DNA from: Pelomyxa schiedti
Taxonomy: Eukaryota; Protista; Evosea
DNA: 64,000 bases
Assembly (NCBI GenBank): GCA_020536535.1
Contig: JAHLWZ010000423.1
Coordinates: 1-64,000, forward strand
Reading direction: 5' to 3'
The translations under genes were made by a program, and so were the position numbers. Shown here one piece after another: positions 1-12,962 of the stretch. How positions within the stretch are numbered: position 1 is the stretch's first letter; each line of letters opens with the position of its first letter. The notes below the pieces were generated by a model. It made no database searches, was not told the origin of the DNA, and saw only the letters and a program-made list of their open reading frames with translations.

Positions 1-889
1 CTGTACTCCAAGACAGCTCCAAAATCGTTGATGAGCATTTGCCATCTTGCCATCTTGTCTGAGGGATTCTCATGATTCTGTATCCAAGTGAGACTCTTGT
101 GGTCAGTCTTGACAGTGCAACCGATTCCATGTATGTACTGTCTGAACTTCTTCAGTGCCCAAATAACGGCTGCTCCCTCTAGTTCAAGAACTGGGTATCG
201 TTTTTCCGCATTTGTAGTCGATCTACTAGCGAGCTCTATGATGTGCTCAGTGCCTGAATCGTCAAGCTGAACTAGACTAGCTCCCATTCCAGTCTTACAT
301 GCGTCAACGTGAATCGTGAGTTGGAACTTCGAATTGAAGTCTGGATACTCCAAGACTAGCCTACTAGCGATTGTCTGCTTGATCTTGTTGAATGCTTCCT
401 GATGCCTTGGTTCCCATGTCCATGGCACATGAGGTCTGCCTAATTCTCTGAGCGGTGCGGCCATGATTGCCAGGTCTGCAATGAATTTTCCATAGTAATT
501 TGCAATGTTTATGAAAGTCTCCAGGTCTCCTTGCCACTTGGTTGGCGTTGGCCATTCAGTGAGGGACTTGATTCTATCAGGATCCATTGTGATGCCTCTT
601 TCCGATATGATATGACCTAGATAGCTGACTGAATGCTTCAGGAACTTGCATTTCGCTGCTCTTGCCTTCAGGTTTGCGTCTTGCAGTCGTTTGTACACTG
701 ACTCCAAGTTCTCCAGGTGTTCTTCAAAGGTTTTGCCTGTGATGATGATGTCGTCGATGTATACAGAACATTTGGACCCAATGAGACCCTTCAGACATAG
801 GTCCATCAGCCTTTGGAAGGTTTGTGATGCGTTAGCCATGCCAAATTGCATAACTTCCAGTAGGAATTGGCCTTCTTTGCATACGAACC
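1..889 (-). mobile_element. Ty3/gypsy LTR retrotransposon copy A: partial pol (RT C-terminus and RNase H), cut by the window edge and a gap
   Basis: Minus strand encodes QFGMANASQTFQRLM, YIDD and an RNase H (HVDA...ELE). Near-identical to 3078-3799 but with about 14 substitutions and 166 extra nt. Confidence 0.9.
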
Positions 890-989
890 NNNNNNNNNNN
901 NNNNNNNNNNNNNNNNNNNNNNNNNNNNNNNNNNNNNNNNNNNNNNNNNNNNNNNNNNNNNNNNNNNNNNNNNNNNNNNNNNNNNNNNN
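890..989. other. Assembly gap (also 4152-4251 and 35301-35400)
   Basis: 100-N runs, all within or bordering retroelement copies. Confidence 1.
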
Positions 990-1182
990 GAGCGTCAAGC
1001 TTATAAAGGCCTTGAAATCGAGTCGAATGATCATGGAGATTTCCGTGAAGTTGATTTCCAAATTCGTTAAGTCCGCGCTGCTGACTCAGCACCTGAGTCT
1101 CTCAGTCCTGTGTTGCTTCAGCGGTTTGCATTGAAGAGTTTGCCTGTGGATTCACTGAATCACACACACTCCCCCTCCTTCT
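990..1182 (-). repeat. Polypurine tract (1169-1182) and start of the 3' LTR of copy B
   Basis: Minus strand AGAAGGAGGGGGAG is followed directly by TGTGTGTGATTC. The sequence downstream matches 31995-32148, which ends in the inverted terminus GAATCACA at 31978, implying an LTR of about 190 bp. Confidence 0.8.
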
Positions 1183-1411
1183 GAGATCAATCGCAGTTTG
1201 CTAAAGAAAAAAAACCAAAAATCATGCTGCAACTGTTGCCTTGCGTCATGTGCCGGTGTGGCGTTTCGGCTTTCCGTGCGTGGGGAAGTCCGTGCTCGTG
1301 AGGCAAACGATGTAGTTGATGACTGATCGTGGTGTGGTGCTGTGTTGCGTGAGTAATCATCACTTTTCGGCTCGTTTTCTTGTGTCTTCCTTGTGCTTGA
1401 CTGCTCATGTT

Positions 1412-1413
<2 letters not shown>

Positions 1414-1467
<54 letters not shown>

Positions 1468-1468
1468 C
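1414..1468 (-). repeat. Poly(A) run in the element's 3' untranslated region
   Basis: More than 50 consecutive T on the + strand. A shorter equivalent lies at about 32189-32202 in copy C. Confidence 0.85.
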
Positions 1469-4400
1469 GTTTGTATGTATTGATGTAATGTATGTAGCGC
1501 GTTGCTCATGGTGCTAGCTATGAGCATCACAGGCCACTTGAGGGGATTTGGCCGTTTCCCAGCGCCTGAGCAATTGCTACTGAGTTGTTGACTTGAGTAG
1601 CTTTCCTGAATTTCTTCTTGAATTCGTTGATGAGCTCTCTGCATCCTACACAATTCTCCTTGAATTCCCAAGTATCATCTTCAGGCTTGTATCCTTTCCA
1701 GCGAATCAGATACTGTCTCTTGCCTTTGTGGATTCTGCTATCAAGTATTCTCTCTACTTCGAAAATTCCATCATCGGGCTTAGTTTTCTCAGCTTCAGCA
1801 CCTTTGCTCAGTTGCTCTGGTGCTTGGCTTGTCCCAGTTGCCTTGCCTGAGTCTGTTTCCTTCGTTGGTCTTTCATTCCAGTGATGCAGGTAGCCAATGT
1901 TGACTAGTTTCTGCACTAATGCTCCTTCCAGTGTCTCCAGTCTAGCTGTGCCAGGAAAGGGAAGTGACACGATCCTGAATGGTCCTTTCCACTTGTTGGC
2001 TAGCTTCCCCTTTGTTGGATGAGTGTGCATCTTGCTGTACTTCAGCGTGAATACAAGGTCTCCAACTTTGAAAGATTCTCTGGCGTTGTTTGATTTGGAG
2101 TCCCAAGCTTGCCTTGTTAGTTCCGCTGTATGTTGTGCAATGCTCCAAACTTTGTGTCACCTTGTTATCAGCTCTTCATGATGAACTTGTAATGCTAGGC
2201 GGGACTATGAGGTTGCCTATTGTCCTTGGATCTCTCCCATGCTCCAAGAAGAAAGGTGAGAATCCAGTAACTCTTGAGATGGAAGTTCTGTACGCGAAAG
2301 CAAGTACAGGTAAGAGTGTGTCCCAGTCATTTTTCGACTTTGTTCACATATATCCTTAGCATCTCCACAATGAGCCTATTGAACTTTTTGGTTTTCCCAT
2401 CAGTTTGAGGGTGATATGGAGTGGATTTTCTGTGTTCAATTCTGAGGATGTTGCACACTTGCTTCAGTGTCTCATTGACAAAGTGCGATCCTCTGTCACT
2501 GATGATTGTGGTAGGTATCCCATGTCTACATATCCACATCTTAACGAGTGCTTGTGCTACAGTTTGAGAGTCTGCATGGCGTGTTGCCTTGAGCTCAACA
2601 TCTCCACTGAACTGGTCTATGATGACTAGAATATAGCGCTTCTTGTGTGCTGAGGTAACTGTAAACGGACCAATGAAATCCATACTAATAACATCTCCAG
2701 GTCTGTCTGGTACTGGTAGAGGATACCCTATTGCCCTGCTTGTGGTAGCTCTCCCTTTCGCCTTGATGCATTCTGCACAGGAGTTGCAGTAGTTGTAGAT
2801 TTCCTCTCTCATGTTGACCCACCAAAAGTAAGTGCTAATTCTCATGAATGTATGCTCTGCTGACATGTGGCCAGAAAAGATTGAATCGTGGTTGTCTGCT
2901 AGTATCTGCGCCACAAAGCTCTTAGGTGTCACAACAGCTTTTGATTGTACTACAGGTTTGATCCTTATCCTGCTCTTCCTTCCATGGTGTGAGAGTTCCA
3001 CCAATGTTCATGGCTATGAGTGCTGAACTTGGGTGTCTTGATAGGCTGTCAGCATCTCCAGCTTGTTTTCTTGGTCTGTACGCCAAGACAGCTCCAAAAT
3101 CGTTGATGAGCATTTTCCATCTTGCCATCTTGTCTGAGGGATTCTCATGATTCTGCATCCAAGTGAGACTCTTGTGGTCAGTCTTGCAGTGCAACCGATT
3201 CCATGTATGTACTGTCTGAACTTCTTCAGTGCCCAAATAATGGCTGCTCCCTCTAGTTCAAGAACTGGGTATCGTTTTTCCGCATTTGTAGTCAATCTAC
3301 TAGCGAGCTCTATGATGTGCTCAGTGCCTGAATCGTCAAGCTGAACTAGACTAGCTCCCATTCCAGTCTTACATGTGTCAACATGAATTGTGAGTTGGAA
3401 CTTCAAATTGAAGTCTGGATACTCCAAGACTAGCCTACTAGCGATTGTCTGCTTGATCTTGTTGAATGCTTCCTGATGCCTTGGTTCCCATGTCCATGGC
3501 ACATGAGGTCTGATATGATATGACCTAGATAGCTGACTGAATGCTTCAGGAACTTACATTTCACTGCTCTTGCCTTCAGGTTTGCGTCTTGCAGTCGTTT
3601 GTACACTAACTCCAAGTTCTCCAGGTGTTCTTCAAAGGTTTTGCCTGTGATGATGATGTCGTCGATGTAGACAGAGCATTTGGACCCAATGAGACCCTTC
3701 AGACATAGGTCCATCAGCCTTTGGAAGGTTTGTGATGCGTTAGCCATGCCAAATTGCATAACTTCCAGTAGGAATTGGCCTTCTTTGCATACGAACCCTG
3801 TTTTGTGAATATCTTCTGGTGCAAGTGGTACTTGCCAGAATCCAGCCATTAGATCAAGTGTACTGAACCATGAGTTTCCGGATAGTGATTGCAGTACTTC
3901 AAAAACATTCGGCAATGGATAGTGATCCTTGATTGTCTCCTTGTTCAAGCCTCGAAAATTGGTACATAGCCTCTTTGTTCCATCCTTCTTGTCTGACAAT
4001 GACAAGGGTGCTGCCCATTCACTGGTTCCGGGTTTGATTACATGAATTCTGAGCATGTCTTCTAGCTCCTTGGCAATGATCTTCTCCTCCTTTGGTGAAA
4101 ATTTCTTTGGCGGTCTGCATACTGGCCTACATACCTTGGTTGGTATGTGATNNNNNNNNNNNNNNNNNNNNNNNNNNNNNNNNNNNNNNNNNNNNNNNNN
4201 NNNNNNNNNNNNNNNNNNNNNNNNNNNNNNNNNNNNNNNNNNNNNNNNNNNTTTGGGGTCTTCTCTCACAATACTTTGCGTTTGTTGCCTTGTGGCTGGC
4301 GTCTTATTCGTAAGTAGGATTATGGGCTGCGTTGGGGTGGTGCTGCTGCGATTTCAGTGCTGGCGAAAGGCGCTGTGGCTCCCCTTCTTTTCGTGGCGGT

Positions 4401-7000
4401 TTTTGGTGTACTATGAGGTGATGAAATAAATCCGAAGGGTTTCGTGTTAAATTGATTGCCCGGGTGTGGTGGTAAATATTTTTGTGTTTCAGAAACGTGG
4501 TGGCTGTTGGTCATTGTTGTTGTTGAGCTGGGGAAGCCAAGGTGGTTGCGTGGTAGTGGTTGATGTGTTGATTGTTTGTTGTTGCCTGTGGGTGTGATTG
4601 GAGCTCATGAAGGTAGATGTCTTCGTGGCAGCGTGATCACCACGACGGCGTTGTTCCGTCCTCGCGACGTGCACGGTCCCATCATCGGGAGTGACTGGGT
4701 CCTGCGGCGAAAGATTAGAGTTAGCGACGCCAACACACGTGGGTGAACAAAAACACGTAGAAAACAACGAACGGGGGAGCGGAGAAAAAAACACACGAGA
4801 GATCGGTACGTGTACCTGTTCACGTGTGCATCGAGGAGCGATATCGGGTTTGCGTTTCGGCACAGTCGCCCTCGCGATCGCGTGCGTGTCACTTTGGTTG
4901 GTTTTGGTTTTGGTTTTGTTTAAATTTTTGGTTAGAAAAATCTGGGGGGAGGGATAAATACTGCGAAAAGGAAACGGTGACGCCGCCAAAACGGCAACTG
5001 TTACAGTTGCTCCGCCCAGTTGTGCGTACAATTGAATAGACTCTGAGGCTTACCCTCGCAAATCGCCGCGTACTGGCTGGGCTTCCACTTCCGTCAGACT
5101 CGGGGATCAGGCTCCAAAGGAAGACCCGCCGAGTAGATCTTGATGATCATCATCAAAATGAGATTCGTCGCCCATCAATGCTCCGTCAGGTGTCCAACCG
5201 CTCTGCTCGCCACGCAGTCAAAGTCGATTGCGTGGTCACTTGGGTAGAGTGCACGTGCTGGGGAGTTGTTGCATGTGGTATGTGGTTGGCTGGCTGGTCG
5301 TTGAGTCGCCTCACACCCCCCAGCCACTGTCTCGCGAGATGCACCTCGGAATTGTGGGGCACACCGCGCCGCGCTCCCGCATCGGCCGAGATAGGTGCAC
5401 CCTCGGTATCACGCCAAACTCTCAACAACGTCGAGGTTGTATCCCATCATAAAATTGTGGTGGCCATAAGGGTTTTCCGTCGAACGTGCGGTGGCGTACG
5501 TTGTGGCTGACGGGACAAGGGACAAGACAAACCCACGTGGCACAATCGCCCATGTTGTTGTCATCATCACCGTCGATGTACCGTTCGGCGTGGTTTTCCG
5601 TTTGTACAAGAAAATCGAGCACAGTTTTTCGTGAACATCAATGTTCTTGTTTTGGTCGGCTACTAAAAGCGGAAAGTCTGCCCGCAGGCAGCGACATGGA
5701 CCGCGAGATGAGGGTGAAGGTGACGGGGATATGATAACGCAACTACAACAACTCTTCCAGTTGTACTTCTTAATGCGCAAACACCATTGCTCACAAACCA
5801 AATCAATTGAACCCAACAAGCGTGTGAAGTGTGGACAGGAGAGAGGAGACCCCATGTTCGGAATTGAACATTGTTGGAGCCTGGTGCCACCAGGCGCTTT
5901 GACCACTGTGCACCAGTTTCGACGCAATGAAGTGCAATTCAACAGCTTGCACCAGTTCTCCCCCACAACAGAGGGAGCCCTCCATCACCCAAGAGGCACA
6001 GAGTTCTGTTGCAGCTGACAAACGCGGACAGAACGTGTGTACTTGAAGGAAATGCCGCAGAAAGGACGTGGACGTGGACGTGGTGGCAGGCAAGCACAAA
6101 GTGCCTCCCCCCGATCGGAACCGCCAGCAACAGCAGTATCAACCACTGCAATCTCTCCCAAACAGCAAGGGGGAACCTCATCACCACCTCATCACCCTAT
6201 TGTGCACACACAAGTGCAACAACAAAGACCACGACAGGAACCACCACCACCATCACCTCAACAAGTATCTCTTGGGTTCCGCGATACACACAGCTGTTCC
6301 CCTGATGCAACAGGGTCAATCCCACCACCGGGTCTTACCGTCGCCATTGCATGCCAGGACCACAACAATACCGGCAATCACAGCAATCACAGCAATCACA
6401 GTATGTGCATGCTGTCCGCCATCATCATCAGCATCCCACCACTGTTCCTGCACAACAACAACAGCAGCAACGTGTGCCACACATCACTCCCTCATCATCA
6501 CATGTTCCACCACTGCGCCACCAGCAAGCTACAACCTACTGCTGCCCCACAATGGCGCTGTGCCAGGGCAGCACATTATTAGAGACGACAAATTACCATT
6601 CGCTGGCTACTAGTAGTGCTTTTACTCTCAATATAATATCACCAACGTATATTACTACCACCACTACTATTCACCCGTAAAAAGAAAGGTGTTCACCTTT
6701 CCTTTCTAAAACACCAATTTTGCTATTTTCTATCTGTCTGCAACCGTGTAGCTTGTGCTGAGAATTTTGCTTTCTCCTCTATTGCTGTCAATCAGGGGAC
6801 TCTGATGATTACCATACAGAGAAGGGCCGGAAACTACTAATCCGAGTACACTAATCCGACAATTCCCATGAACGCTTTTTGGTGGGAAAGGAGACGAAGA
6901 AACAAACAAAGCGTAACAAAGAAACAAAAAAAAAACAAAAGCAACAACAAAACAGTGCACAACACCCACAAACCCTACCAACAACGAAACCAAGCCCATA

Positions 7001-10000
7001 ATGTCGTCTAGCAGTAGCACAGTGTCCACATCCGGCGAAAGAGGAGCGCTGGGCCGCAGCGGGTCGCAGTCGCCCTCCCCCGGAATGAGCAAGCTCATGA
7101 AGCGTACTCTCAGTTTCATGAAAATGCCCCCTCACGCACAGAAAAACGCGGTTGCGCCCCCGACGTTGCCCGAGAGCGCCGTTGCAGATATGCCAGATTC
7201 CGACTCTAACGACGAGGACGAAACTTTCCTCAACGCCATGCAAATGGTTGTAAACAATAATATAAAACCTAAGTTTGTATTTGCTTTGTTTTTTTAGTAC
7301 ATTGTTAATTAATATCTGAAAAAAATGGTGGTTTGTACTTATGACTGTATAGGAAGCTCCCTGTGTGGAACAAGTTGCTTGCTTAATGCTTCTCCTTAAA
7401 TCCCGCATGATGCTGCGTCGAATGATTGCCGCCAAGCAGTTCACAGAGCGACTTTCTAAGGGAGACCTCAATGCATTTGAAGTAACAAAATTGGTGCAAG
7501 GCCAGGACGCCTCAGACGATAGTGACTTCATTGTGAGAATATCCGAGCTTAAGAAACAACTTATGGCCGAAATCCGTAAAGCAAGAGATAAAGAGAGAGA
7601 GGTTGCAGTATTGGATAAAACGATATCTCTGGTGGTTTTGGTATGCCATTCGTTCCTCTCTCCTTTTATAATGTGTGCAGAACGTAGTTTCAGTTGCAGC
7701 AGAAAAGGCCCGGCACACCAAAGCTCCTCCCGCTTCAGCTGGTGCGGTTAACGTAAACGTGCTATCAGCTACGAAATTGGAGGTTTTACAAAAATTAAAG
7801 AAAGCAAACAAATAACAATTGTTTTCAGAAATACAGCCATCTCTTCCACTTGTTGCAGTCTGAACCTGTTTATCTCGCCAGACTTATGGACGCAGTGGAA
7901 GCCAAGGTGATTGGACTTTACAATGAAAAGATAACTAAAATATATTTAGGTTGATGAACAATCAATGAAAGAATTACTTGATACCATTATTATAACAATG
8001 TATGGTGACGCTTTTGCTCCACGTGAAGAGTTTTTGCTTCTGAGTTTCTTTGAACATGCCATTGAACGCATCATGTCTCAAGCAACCAAAGTGATGTCCT
8101 TTGTGCAGAACCCCTTCCTCCCTCCCATGGTTATTACATACAATAAGTACTTGCACATTCTTTTCCCCCACATCCTCAATTTGCAATAGGCGCAAGCAAG
8201 GTGTTGAGTATCTCCAAGCAACACTGGGGCCAGTGATGAAACAATTCTTAGCTGAAAAACTTACACTTGACCCAAATGCCAGAACAGTAGGCCCTCTGTT
8301 GTGTAACCAAGACTTAATTTCTCTAGATTCACGATCGCTATGTGAAGGAAACGGAAGTTAACGAAGGCAGAAAAGTAGAGAAGAGAAACTTAACCGACGA
8401 TGAGTGCGCTGCGTTACCAGAAATTAAGGAAGAAGTATCGAGACGTGTGTAAATATTTTAAATATTCAACCCACATTTTCTCTAGGTCTTGAGCACCTAA
8501 AGCGTCACTCTCTTCTGTTCTTTGAGGCAATATGTTCAACTGTCAATAAATTACCGTACGGGCTTCGATGGATTTGCAAGAGAATTCACGACGCGGCAAT
8601 GGTTTGCTTGTCTTTTTTAATTCACCCTTTAATGTAAGTTAAGGATGCCTTCCCTGATGCCTCGGAGGATGACATTAACCGTCTCACAGTCCACTTTGTG
8701 TACTTCCGATTCATCAACTTGGGTATTGTAACACCAGATCCCTTCAAAATTGTCGACATTCAAGTTCCTCCCGAGTCCCTATTCAGTTTACTGCAGGTCG
8801 GTTATGTCCCCTGTTTTCCCGTTTTCATTTTTTTCGCAGGTTTCGAAGGTCATTTATAATATGTTCAACCTTTCCTTGTTCCATGAGTCTGCTGAAAGGT
8901 GGTTGGCACCACTGAACCCATGGATTATGTCTCATGCAGACTCTGTCCGGAAGTATCTACATGCAGTTTTGCAAGTGGATCCGCCTGAGGAATATCTGCA
9001 AGTTGGATCGTACATGGAGTTGATGCACCTCGTTAAGCCTGTAATCCTTGTAGAAGCCAAGGAACTTGTCAACGTTCACACTTTACTGCAAGTAAGGTGG
9101 CGGAATTTTATCCCACTTCTAATACGACTTCAAATAGGACAACCTTACAGAGGTGGCACTTAAAGCTAACGATCCTCTTCTCGAGTTGATGAAAGACCTC
9201 GGACCAGCAGAAACTTACCCGGACGACGGGAAAGCAATTCAACTTACACTAGTGAATAAATTCCCGCCCATGGATGGTGTGTTGCCAAAAGTATTCGAAT
9301 TTCTGACCTTTGTTTAGATCCACAATCCGAAATCAACCAGCTTTATTCCAAGACGAAAACAATGGTTGTACAAGCACTTCGACAGAACCCCTCACAACCA
9401 GTGGCTGGGATGTCTCTTGAAGCTATTCTGGAGGTACACAGTAGAATATTTTCTATTTCCTCCTAACACGCAGAAGGCAGGCCAAGCTGCAGCTGCCAAG
9501 GGTTCCTCCTATGATAAACTTGTTGATGAAATCTTAGAGAACCTCGAAAAACTCGAAAGAGAACACAAAGTCTCCTCGGTATTTTGATTATCACGAAGGT
9601 TTTATCTCAAACGTGCAAAAAGGAGGATGGGTATGCAGAGTTTCTGAAGGCTGTGACTTTGGAAATCACAAACCGTGAACGTGTACGGGAACAACAAAAG
9701 AAAGAAGTCAATCGTTTGGAAGCTGCCATCAATCAAGTTGGACGACAACTTAAGGTCATGACCGAACAAATTGCACAGTATAAAATGTTCCTGGACTCCT
9801 GTCTCAAAAGTCACATGCATGTAATGATGGGAGGCGCCACGAAGACTGGTAAATTGGGACCATTCAAGGTTATCTTCTTCCTATATTATAGAGCCTAATT
9901 GCTAACAAATTACAGTTTTCGTACCTTGAAATGGTAAAGAGAGGTGTTATCATCGAATCAGAAGTGCCCAAATACCTGTAAACTCTCCAAACCACAGATT

Positions 10001-10246
10001 TTTCTTTTTTTTTTTTAACACTTTCACAGGCAGAAGAAAACGAGGTTACAAATTTCCTCGGAGGAAGCTGGTGTATTTGATGTTGAAGTAATGCTTCCTC
10101 GGCCGTTGCCATCGGAAAAAATGCAACTGCAACTAGCCGATCTTTTGGACAAGCGAGACCGCAACGTAGAACGAGATGTCCAGAACAATGTAACACTTGA
10201 TGTCAACCTCACACTACACTGGCTCAACAGCCTGTTCAAGAGATAG
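7001..10246 (+). CDS. IQGAP-related RasGAP-domain protein (Dictyostelium DGAP1/GAPA type), multi-exon
   Basis: Spliced exons give LLQSEPVYLARL, MYGDAFAPREEFLLL, LPYGLRWICK, YFRFINLGIVTPD, a RasGAP_C coiled coil and LGPFKFSY. All junctions are GT-AG. Confidence 0.9.
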
Positions 10247-10360
10247 ATGGATGGCCAGACAACAACCAGTTGCCATCACGGGAAAAAAAATAACCATTCC
10301 AGCTGTTAATAAGGGGAAAAAAAACAAGCTTTGAGTTGTTTTGAAAGTACAAAAGTACAT

Positions 10361-12904
10361 TCATGGATTTTTGTGCCTTGTTGTCCACTCTGTAATGGCA
10401 CTCTTGATGGTGTTACAAGGAATGAGTTGAAGGGATTTAAGAGGTAAATTTGTCTGAGGGGATGTATGGCGGCCTGTGGACATCCAAGAAACAATGGCCT
10501 CACGTTCATATAAATAGCCATCAGAGGCAAGTACGGGGTCCTTCATTACTTCCTGCGTTATCGGGCAGATGAATTCATATGGAAGACAGTCACCATCACC
10601 ATCATCACTGGGGCAGCTGGAATTGCTGTTTTTGTTCGCCATTCTGGATAGCTTGTTGTCAAGGAAGTCAATGTAATGCGGGGCATAAGACTTGTTTTCG
10701 GGAAGTGAAATGTCCTTGCTGAGGTTTACATAGCCTACTGGATTGGGTGCGATAGACAGAGAGGGATCAAATTGGCGCCGAGGGGCGGAAGGTTGTTTGG
10801 GGGTGGAAGTTGTTGGTGTTGATGTAGGTGTTGATACTGGTGCTGATCCTGATGGAGTACCGCCACAATCACTATCAGTATCTTCATATTCTTCTTGCTG
10901 TTCTTTGTACTGTGTATTCAGAACAGATATTAGTTTTCGGATGGCGGTTCTGTTCGCGGGTGGTATTCCTAACTTGAGGAGGTCTGATACAGAGAGATGG
11001 AGAAATGCCCAGCCGGGAAGTACCCCTCCACAAGTGGCTTTGTTTGCGATGTCATTGCTTAGGCCTTGACTAATAAGCCATTTCTCTACTTGCTTTGGGT
11101 GCCAGCAATCAATGGACATCATGTTGGGAACTAACACTACTGGTATGTCTCCAGTACGAGAGATATGTTCCCTCACGTGAATGAGTTTTTTTAGGTTCAG
11201 TAGAGCTCTTACTTCTTTGGCTGCTGGAGTTGCTCCTTGTGGAGATGGCTCTGTCTGTGTAGGGGGGGTTGTAGAATTTGATACAGCTGTAAGTTTGGGG
11301 GGCCTCTTTGCTACAACGGAGGGTAGACCTATTCCCCATCCATTTGTTACACTGTCATCCAGTTCGGCACCATCAACTTTCAGTTCGGACACTGCTGTTA
11401 GAAAGTTTGAAGAGGTATTTGCATCAATCCCCAATCGGAGAAGGAATTCAACCACTTCTTCATGTGATAAATTCTTTAGGGAGTGTGTTTCTTTGAGATG
11501 GGTATCTAGTTGCACAGCAAGTTGGTCAGACTTGGTAAACATCTTTATTGCATTGTCTTCCCCTGCTGTGACAGCATCCAGACAGGCTTTGGTCTCTTTG
11601 ATATCACTTTCGGCTCTCAGTAAATCTTTTGAAATGGATACTGTGTCATTTTGAAGACCAGCCAGTTGGCTTTCTAGAGCCTTTAAGTGGCTTCTTACAG
11701 CGAAAACTTCTTTCTCAACCTTTTCTTGAGAAGAAACGGAGGAATTTTGCCTCTTATGAAGAGATTCTTCAAGTTCTTTGGCGTTTGACAAACTTTCCGT
11801 GCAATGCTTCTTTGCTTCCCCAAAGGCATTCGCCATTACTTTCCATGCTGCCGCCCTTTGATGTGATGAGCGTCCTTGCAGATAATTTTCGATGTTAGTT
11901 TGCAGTAGTTGGATAACTTGACTGTTCCTCTGAGGTGGGTTGGTATCTGGTAACAGGTTACCAGATTTTAGTTGTGACTCAATTTGATTATGTAGACAGG
12001 TTCCCCATTCCTCGATGGTCATAATCCCAGTTGTTTGTGTTGGTGATGATGATGTCGTTGTTGGTGTTGAAGCTGACAATAGTGCCGATGCCGATGATAC
12101 TGATGCCAATTTTTCTGCCGAGAAGGCGGAGGAGGACACTGAAGGGCTCGAGGGAGACTTGGGCTGTCGTTTCTGGGTTTCCTCCATTATTGCAGCTCTT
12201 ATTCTTGGATCCCATGCAACATCTTGAGGTAGTTTCCCATCAATTGCACGCTACGCACAATGAAGAGTGAGGTGTAAAAAGCACTAACTGATTTTAGAAT
12301 GGACAGCACACTTGGACGTCAAGAGGGGAACCCCTATTAAGAAGTTCAACAACACAATCGTAACCAGCCCACACTCGTGCTGCACAATGAAGAGGAATCT
12401 ACATTTCTAAGGCGTGGCGAGTTCAACAGAAGACTTACCTCCTATACATGTTAGAGATGAAAAGAGAAGAGGCAAACCTGCTTGAAAATCACTAGTCCAG
12501 GTACAAAAAACAGGAATAAATAGATAGAAAGAGAAGGAAAAAATCTGTACCAACTGCAGAATTTCAGCTACAATTTCAAATAGTGGGAGAAAGGTACCAT
12601 CCTACAGTCCAGTGAGCACGTCAAGAAAGGAAGGAGAACGGGGAAAAAAAAGATCACAACAAGTTTTCAATCACTTTAAGGAATTATTCAGCTACAAACA
12701 TATGTGTTCGCAGGTGCAGGAGTCGACAGTAGTTCAGGGTGCATATTAATTGCACGAGTTAGGCATGGCAAATGAGCCCTCAGTGCCGCTACATGTGCAT
12801 ACATACTCCCAAACTGTTTGCGTTCAATAAACACATTTCGAGATTGTTCTGAACATTATTATCACCTTCTCACAGGGATCAGCAAATGAAGTACAAACAG
12901 ACAT
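10361..12904 (-). CDS. Ankyrin repeat - coiled coil - 2xSAM - U-box E3 ubiquitin ligase
   Basis: C-terminal U-box (PYEFICPITQEVMKDPVLASDGYLYEREAI) and SAM-like segments (WHPKQVEKWL..LSVSDLLKLGI). Upstream exons 12904-12866, 12813-12700, 12398-12312 and 12250 onward splice in frame and encode ankyrin repeats (CAHVAALRAHLPCL; IPLHCAAR..CVVELLNRG..DGKLPQDVA). Confidence 0.88.
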
Positions 12905-12962
12905 CGTTTCGGGTTTTTTTTTTTATTTACTGATTTCTGTGAATGCGTAGAGAGACGTTTTA

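Larger units (their letters stand above)
990..4151 (-). mobile_element. Ty3/gypsy chromovirus copy B: RT-RNase H-integrase-GPF-chromodomain, PPT and 3' LTR; frameshifted and defective
   Basis: ORFs 3430-4269 (LDLMAGFWQV, YIDD), 3014-3502 (RNase H), 2327-3004 (HHCC zinc finger, MDF, SDRG) and 1527-2030 (KWKGPF; chromodomain FEVERILD..YLIRWKGY..DTWE). RT-RH-IN order is gypsy type. Confidence 0.95.

Noticed and set aside
1143-1364. Segment missing in copy C looks like a spliced GT..AG intron on the minus strand
   Set aside because: The copy C junction (about 32148) lacks 2 more nt than precise splicing would give.
9570-9613. Possible non-AG acceptor in the IQGAP gene
   Set aside because: A canonical AG at 9597-9598 keeps frame, so no non-canonical site is needed.
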